Part shown: piece after piece, positions 55,507-64,000 of the stretch
How positions within the stretch are numbered: the stretch's first letter is position 1
Layout: each line of letters begins with the position of its first letter
Origin: Octopus vulgaris
Lineage: Eukaryota
DNA length: 64,000 nucleotides
Direction of reading: 5' to 3'
Assembly (NCBI GenBank): GCA_951406725.2
Contig: OX597821.1
Span: forward strand, 94,736,001-94,800,000
Notes under the pieces: model-generated
The model's input: only the letters and a program-made list of their open reading frames with translations
Told to the model about the DNA's origin: nothing
Database searches by the model: none
Made by a program: the position numbers and the translations under genes

Positions 55507-55699
55507 TTGATTCACTTAGACACTTCACATTTACGCGTAATGTTAATTTCGATCTAAGCAACTGGAAATTTTGACGAAACAAGAAAAAAAAAAAAAAATA
55601 GCAAATTTAAAGAATTCCATGGGACAGCAAAAGTGAAAGTAATCAAATTTGGCCTTTGGGATACGATTGAGTACAGCGAATCTAGTTGCATACATAATT

Positions 55700-56082
55700 G
55701 CATACATACATACATACATACATACATCCATACATACATACATACATACATACATACATACATGCATGCATACATACATACATACATACATACATACACA
55801 CAGGTCGACAGAAATACGTACATACATACATACATACATACATACATAAATACATACATACATACATAAATACATACATACATACATACATACATACATA
55901 CATACATACATAAATACATACATACATACATAAATACATACATACATACATAAATACATACATACATACATACATAAGTACATACATACATACATACATA
56001 CATAAATACATACATACATACATACATACAAACATACATACATAAACACATACATACATAAATATATACATACGTACATACA
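55700..56082. repeat. (CATA)n microsatellite
   Basis: Directly visible. Confidence 0.97.
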
Positions 56083-56158
56083 TGAATATGTATGTAGATG
56101 TGCAATGTACTACCAGTTTACGATTAAGCAGACTATATGTCCACAGGATACGAATTAC

Positions 56159-56244
56159 CTTTTCGGTAGTCCAGGTCTTTTGAAAGCTAAGTATCATCGA
56201 CGTTACACGATATTGCATTAATTTGAGCAACTGCAAATATTCAT
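56159..56244 (-). CDS. Candidate internal coding exon of an unknown gene (xEYLQLLKLMQYRVTSMILSFQKTWTTEK)
   Basis: Acceptor TTATTGGTTTTTAG, donor AAG|GTAATT, 86-nt open frame in non-repetitive sequence; no homology recognised. Confidence 0.35.
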
Positions 56245-58852
56245 CTAAAAACCAATAAACACAATTCTGGAATGTTAGCTGACAGGTAGTTTAACGTATA
56301 GCTGTGTGTTCATGGATATTTGATGAGCTCTGTCGGATACCAAAGTAATCGATTGCCAACCATCCTGCGCTAAATCAATTCGTATCTCTGTTGTATCTTC
56401 TTGTAAAGCTAGCAAGCTGTTATGAATAAGGCGTTCTATCTAGATATTTTGTTTTAGTTCTAATCCTGCTCCTTGGTTCTTGGTTTTGCGTCTAGAAGTT
56501 TAGTGTCGTTTGTAATTTTTTGTTTTTTCAAGGGTTACTCAGAGCAAGAAGATATCACCTGTGATTGATTCATATCAGGGGCTTTGTAACAAGTGAAGCA
56601 AAGCGGGGATATTGTACTCAGAGACCTAGCAGGAATGTTTGATGCAAAGTAGATTTCCGTTATACGCACTCAAGTGCGGAGATAGGGTTGGTGGAGCATG
56701 TCTTCGAAGCTAAATAATAAAATACTTCTTTCCCTATTGAAAATTAAAACTCAACATGACAAAACCCAAACCAATCATTCATTGAAAATTTAATGTCTAA
56801 TTATATAATTGTACAGACCACTCCATACACACACATGTCTGTGTATGTGTGTGTGTGTTTGTGTAAATGGAGGTGTAGTAGCTGTTGCTAGTTGTCAAGG
56901 GTAGTGTTTAGTGATGCTTTCGGAAAGAGAGTGAAATCTTTTCCACTGCCAAAAGATCTTAATTGTTCCTTGACGTGATTAACGCGAAAGGAGAATATCA
57001 CTTTTATCAAATTTTTGAAGGTCAAGAAACTATTGACGACTGGTATAAGAAAGCACCATCCTGGTAGACCCAATATTTTCAAAGCTGTTCTACAAACCAA
57101 ATATGAAAGCAACTGAAAGTAATGAAAGAGATGACACTCCAAGACTCATTACATTTCCTATAATATAAATGGTGACTATTTCTATTGCGTATGGAAAAAA
57201 TACTGATAGGACGGCAGTTCATTGGGCACGAGATGTTGCATTTTTTCACAATGAGACACGCTGTTGCGTGCCCCAGCGAAAACCAAGATTAAAACTCGCT
57301 TACTCATACCACTTGTTAATATCACGTTATCTACCTAGTAATGAATTTGAGAACAGAAATCTATTGCTTAATTTAGAATTAACTCTTTATACATCAGCCA
57401 TCATACGTAGCCTAAGATTAAAACCAAAGCACTGAATTCAATGCAGAAGCAATCGAGATGGTTTGTACACCGAAACTTTGTCCCGATGCAGAATCTTTTT
57501 AGATGCAGAACCAATCCAGATGGTCACATACATATTCTAAACAGCTAGGTATTTTGAAGGAATATTTAGCCGAGAAGAATAACCAAAACCACGAAATGCA
57601 ACGAAGCACAGGGAAAAGCCAGTAGCTGTTCTGAAAATATGGCAAAACTCAGTCGAATAATTGGCTCTCATCTCTACACCTGTGCACATTATATGACCCG
57701 TAAATTCACAATGTGCTGCTACCTTTTAGTTACTATATCAGTTACTCCAGACCCGTCTTTTCACCTTTTATGAAGCAAGGTATTGTTGAATAGCTGAAAG
57801 GGAGGTACCTGATACAGATAAGATAAAATACATTATCGTTACTGTGGTTTTTATCAAGAAACTATATGGTTGACGCCCAGCTCGACTAGAGCAAAGGTCG
57901 TGGATGAAGTAAGATAACAGCTTTGTCTTTGTTGTTTATTTAAATACAAACCGCGCGATAAGAACAGAGGCACCACCAATGATCAAATGAACAAACAATG
58001 CGTGACCACTGAATTTTATTAACAATCCCAGCCACACAACCATTATCGATATCCATTTACATCGACTGAACAGATGGTCCCAGATTTAGAAGGGATGGAA
58101 ATAAGACGTTTTAACGTGATGTTTGTGTTTTAGTAACAGAAATAAAGTGAAGTAAAATTATCTCAAAATGGAAATTGAGATCAGATCACCGAGACACTTC
58201 ACCGAGTGTTGATTTCTGCTTCTATAAAGATTTCTTGTATTAGCACAAGGCGTCACATACGTAGAAGTGAGTGTTAATAAATTGAGCAGATTTCACTACT
58301 CGACTGGTAATTACTTTAATCCTGAGGGGATAATAGATAAATTGGATCCCAATAAGACTTCTCTATTGAGAACCTAAACGAAAGTAAATCCTGTGGGAGA
58401 ATTCGATACTCAACTGTTTCTGTCATTTCACTGGGTAGCAATAATTACTTACTTAGACTTTTGATTGGCAGAATCGTTAGAGCAACAAATAAAAGAATTT
58501 ACAATATTTAGTTACAACCATTTACGTTCAGAGTTCGAATCTCACCGATAGCAATTCATATTTTATTGTTCGAGAAAGGGGTGATCAAATAAAGTGGAGA
58601 GTCGATTAATATGATAATAGCTCCCCTCCGGATTTGAATATATCAGAAACAAATTATGTTAATATCACTGGAGAAATTACGCACAGGCTGGACTAGACTG
58701 TCCAGTTCTGCTTCACTTTATATGAATTGTCCAGTTCTGTCACACTTTTGTGAGTATTATTAATATTATCATTGTTGTTGTTGTCGTCATCATCATGATC
58801 ATGATCATCATCACCATCACCATCATTATCATCATCATCATCATCATCATCA

Positions 58853-58913
<61 letters not shown>

Positions 58914-58917
58914 CATC

Positions 58918-59148
58918 ATGCTGCCCCATTACTTCTGCTCGTGATCAGAGATGCACATATTGTCAGCCACTAAGGGACATGCTCAACTGGTTAAGATCAA
59001 ACAACTGACAAGCAAATCTGTGGTATTGAGCAGAATATTTGCTGTAGCTCATCTTTTAGAACCAAGACAAAACATGTATATGATGATACTTCCAATCAGT
59101 TAAGATCAAAAGCCATGCGAGCCACTGCCTGGTACTGCATCAGGGCAT
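58918..59148 (-). mobile_element. (TAA)n-associated retroposon, 5' part
   Basis: 58920-59037 is the inverse of 59420-59541; flanked by TTA repeats. Confidence 0.75.
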
Positions 59149-59188
59149 TTATTATTATTATTATTGTTATTACTATTATTATTAGTAT

Positions 59189-59292
<104 letters not shown>

Positions 59293-59301
59293 GTAATAGT
59301 A

Positions 59302-59392
<91 letters not shown>

Positions 59393-59419
59393 TAATAATA
59401 ATAATAATAATTATTATTA

Positions 59420-59865
59420 TTATTCTGCTCAATACCACAGATTTGCTTGTCAGTTGTTTGACCTTAACCAGTTGAGCATGTCCCTTAGTGGCTGACGATA
59501 TGTGCATCTCTGATCACGAGCAGAAGTAGTGGGGGAGCATCATAGCCATGTGTTGAGAGGGATTCTTTGGGGTTTGAATAGTTCACCTCTGGAAACATGG
59601 GTGGTTCTTTCAACATCCTTAAACAACCCTTATTCAGGGACCGTTTGAGCGGGATGGGCTACTCAACCTGAAGAAAATTCTAACTGGGCCCCACCTGCAA
59701 GGTCATGTGCTGTTTATCTTGATATGAGATCACCATGTCGCGCACATATGGTTGTGATGCATGTGCCTGGTGTACCTTTATCAGACGGGTAGTCATGATG
59801 GGTATACTGGGGTTCGTATATTTTACCCCAGTGTCACTTTGATGGCATGAACTGCTCTCTCACTC
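59420..59865 (+). mobile_element. (TAA)n-associated retroposon, 3' part
   Basis: Ends CTCTCTCACTC(AAT)n like 3237-3355; a third deleted piece lies at 59903-60029. Confidence 0.8.
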
Positions 59866-59902
<37 letters not shown>

Positions 59903-60358
59903 TGGCTGACAATATGTGCATCTCTGATCACGAGCAGAAGTAGTGTTGAGAGGGATTCTTTGGGGTTTGAATAATTCACCTCTGGAAACATGGGTGCTTC
60001 TTGCAACATCCTTAAACAACCTTTTGAGCGAAGTTTCTGCTAAATATAAGATATAGCTTATATAAAATACGTAGTTCGCATTACTTCCGTTTGAAACCAA
60101 ACGTATACTCGCACACGCTCACGCGCACCTACACACACATATATATATATACACACACAAGAACGCATGAAAATATATATAGAAAAAACGGTAGGAGGGG
60201 AAGAAATATGCAACTGCACGCACACACACACCCATACATATACACACACGGGTAGATATGTAAATATGTACTCTTATTACAAGCACCGATGATAAAATTC
60301 GTTGCTTCCGCTTCTACCTTCACAGCTAGTGCCACTGTTCTGCCGCAGCTGCTGCTAC

Positions 60359-60489
<131 letters not shown>

Positions 60490-60816
60490 GTGATGGTGAT
60501 GGTGATGGTGATGACGATGATGATAATGATGATGATGATGATGATGGTGATGATGCTGATGATGAGGGTGGGGATAGCGATAAGTTTGGTGAGGAGAATG
60601 CCGACAGGTATGGACAACGCCTGGTTACGTACATTTCGTAGTGAGTGAACGTTTGAGCGTGTACCATTGTGCATGTGTGTATATATGGGTGTGCGAGTAT
60701 ACGCTTATGTATGTATATATACAGGTTTATATATGTTTGTGTGTGTGTTCGTGTGTGTGTGTGCATGTGTGTGTATGTGTACATAAAAAGAAAAAATTAC
60801 ACTCAGCCATCAATCC

Positions 60817-60853
<37 letters not shown>

Positions 60854-60884
60854 TACACACACACACACCCTTTATCCTTTTTTT

Positions 60885-61030
60885 TAGTCGCGCAAATCGA
60901 CCCCAGTACTTATTGTTTGTAAGCCTAGGACTTATTCTATTGGAATCTTTTTGCCGAACCGCTAAGTTACGGGGACGTAAACACACCAGCAGCGGTTATG
61001 AGGTGATGCTTGAGGGGACAAACACAGACA
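60885..61030 (-). mobile_element. SINE family A fragment
   Basis: TTGCCGAACCGCTAAGTTACGGGGACGTAAACAC body. Confidence 0.8.
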
Positions 61031-61058
61031 CATTAACACACACATATATATATGCATG

Positions 61059-61166
<108 letters not shown>

Positions 61167-61169
61167 CAT

Positions 61170-61203
<34 letters not shown>

Positions 61204-61204
61204 T

Positions 61205-61318
<114 letters not shown>

Positions 61319-61597
61319 TCACTCATATATAGCTACAAAAATAAATACACGCGGCTAGTGCTTATTATTTTATTCTCTTTACGCAAAGAAGTAACCCAAC
61401 TTCTTATAGTTTAAGAGAAGATAAAACCACAACATTCCAAATATACCATATTTTGTTGGATCTTAATCGACTGCCTTTTATGTTCGTTCTTATGTATGTA
61501 TGTATGCATGTATGTATGTATGTATGTATGTATGTATGTATGTATGTATGTATGTATGTATGTATGTATACACATACACATATATATACATGTACAT

Positions 61598-61667
<70 letters not shown>

Positions 61668-61673
61668 TATTTA

Positions 61674-61812
61674 AAGCAGCAGAAAATTCAACAAAACCTG
61701 TTACTCTGAGTTTCCCGTTGCCGTTCGTCGGACAGTTTTTCTAGCAAAAACTGTCCGACGAACGGCAACGGGAAACTCAGAGTAATAGGTTTTGTTGAAT
61801 TTTCTGCTGCTT
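61674..61812. repeat. Near-perfect 67-bp-arm palindrome carrying two head-to-head hammerhead-like motifs (Penelope-like inverted LTR)
   Basis: One G/T mismatch, 5-nt CTAGC spacer; each strand reads CTGT-CCGACGA-...-GAAA-CTCAGAG-TA-A(C/T)AG. Confidence 0.8.
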
Positions 61813-62239
61813 CAAATTAAGCATATTTCTCTACCACTGGTATTTGAGTACTTTTTTCCACCTTGTTTCACATTTATGTGTTTACTCCGGTATGTATATA
61901 TATATATATGCATGCACATTCATACAAACTGGTATACTTACTCATATATATTAGAGACTTACACACACATTTATGAAAGAAGCGAAAACTGAAAATACGC
62001 TTATAGTCTTTAACAGGATTTACTGCTTTGATGTTGATATTACTATCATCACGGAGCTTTCTACTAACATATCCATGCATAGTCTATTAACATATCCATG
62101 CTAACATAGGCTCATCTTTTCATCTGATGATACGTTTCAGTAGAGTCGTGCGACTTCTTTGGCCATGTATTCTTGGTTATCAGACAAAGAGCATTGCTCA
62201 AGGAGCAGCCTTCCAATTCTTATGATGTTATCAGCCTTA

Positions 62240-62763
62240 TGTATGTACGTACGTATGTATGTATGTATGTACGTACGCATGTATGTATGTATGTGTGTAT
62301 GTATGTATGTATGTATGTATGTATGTACGTATTTATGTACGTACGTACGTATGTATGTATGTACGTACGCATGTATGTATGTATGTGTGTATGTATGTAT
62401 GTATGCATGTACGTATTTATGTACGTACGTACGTATGTATGTATGTACGTACGCATGTATGTGTGTATGTGTGTATGTATGTATGTATGTATGTATGTAC
62501 GTATTTATGTACGTGTGTATGTATGTATGTATGTATGTATGTATGTGTGTATGTATGTATGTATGTATGTATGTATGTGTGTATGTATGTATGTATGTAT
62601 GTATGTATGTATGTATGTATGTACGTATTTATGTACGTGTGTATGTATGTATGTATGTATATAGGTATGTATGTATGTATGTACGTATGTATGTATGTAT
62701 TTATGTATGTATGTATGTATGTATGTATGTATGTATGTATGTATGTATGTATGTATGTATGTA
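62240..62763. repeat. (TATG)n/(TACG) microsatellite
   Basis: Directly visible. Confidence 0.97.
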
Positions 62764-63160
62764 TATTTTTTGTGTCCTAGTCTGAAGGACGTTCGAACTT
62801 GCATCTAATCTTATATTCTATTTTATTATACCCCTCTTATGTTGCTTTGATTTTGATTTTCTCTCCCAAATATATATTTTCGTTTCATTCGTAATTATCA
62901 ATTCGAGTCGCCAAGATTAAACTACATATTTTTTGTGACTTTTGTATCTCGTCACCTGTGTATCAAAGTCTTAAAAGCTTATTCAATGGTAGTTCACAAA
63001 TCGAGGTTGAGTTAGTGTTTCTGTCCTTAGGCATCGAAACCTAGATAATCCTAAGACAGGCAGCTGAGGAAAAGTAGCATCTTGTTATTTTCTATTAGTT
63101 CTACTTATTACGACTTCTCAAAATTTGATCCTAATTTCGAGTATACATGCGCACAAGCGT

Positions 63161-63211
<51 letters not shown>

Positions 63212-64000
63212 TATTTACACATACATTGTACTGATGATATTACACTCTATTAACACTCAGAGTTTTACAACTAAGTCATGTTTCAATTACACCATTATTT
63301 GTTACACATTATTTGTTATTAAGCCTACAAGCGTAGGCGATCTTGGAAATAGAAAGACGTAACTCTAACAAAATTAGAAAAATGAAAAATAAATATAACT
63401 GTAAACAAGTAAAAAATAAAGCATTAAGAAATTACAAAAATATGATAAACATAAGCAAACAAGAATGATAAAACATGCTGTTATTAAATTCCAGCGCTTT
63501 ATATAATCCCTTATATCTCCACCTAACGGAATATCTGAGTCTATAAATCTGTGCTCGTGTCTACGTATGAGTGTTAACATATGTAGTTTTTGTGAGTGGT
63601 TACGTATAGGTTCCTCTGTTTGTGTTAGTGTGTGTGTGGGGAGCTGTAAATATGCTTTTCTGTGTGCGTGTGTGTTTGTGCATACGTTTATACGTAAATG
63701 TGCATAATGGATATTTATGTTGATATTGATATATATACGAAGAAAGCATGCACATACAGAACATGTACAAAAGAGCTGGCAGATTTATTTATACAAAGAG
63801 ATAGTACATTAACTGGTTGCATAAGGGAATATATATGATTATATAAGCTGATGGTATTTGCTTATATTTGCTTATGTTTGTGTACATATGTAGGCGTTTG
63901 TAAGCGTGAAATGTATCTGTATTTGGTTATATGCTTATGTACACATACACGCAATCAAGTATGTAAACGTACGTTTATTTTATGTGCATATGTGTATCTT

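Overview
AT-rich, microsatellite-saturated eukaryotic intergenic or intronic DNA with no intact protein-coding gene. Nearly all ORFs in the track are simple-repeat or SINE read-throughs. The tRNA-derived SINE families and repeat landscape look like an octopus/coleoid cephalopod genome; this is inferred from recalled repeat families, not from a search. The window holds more than 25 copies of three tRNA-headed SINE families (my labels A, B, C) and several hAT- and mariner-type MITEs. It also holds decayed fragments of Tigger/pogo, Tc1, IS630/Tc1-like, Chapaev3-like, Gypsy RT and RTE RT elements, (TAA)n-associated non-LTR retroelement ends, and several foldback palindromes next to (TA)n. One candidate minus-strand exon lies at 56159-56244. 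Most notable: (1) Penelope-type terminal remnants carrying minimal hammerhead-ribozyme motifs, including a near-perfect head-to-head double-hammerhead palindrome, with the same CCGACGA core variant in two unrelated families; (2) a ~135-nt 28S rRNA fragment inserted into a SINE tail; (3) a SINE whose 3' end repeatedly joins at a GGTATT site, mostly inside its own family; (4) one SINE head carrying three different 3' tails. Coordinates were read by eye and may be off by a few bases.
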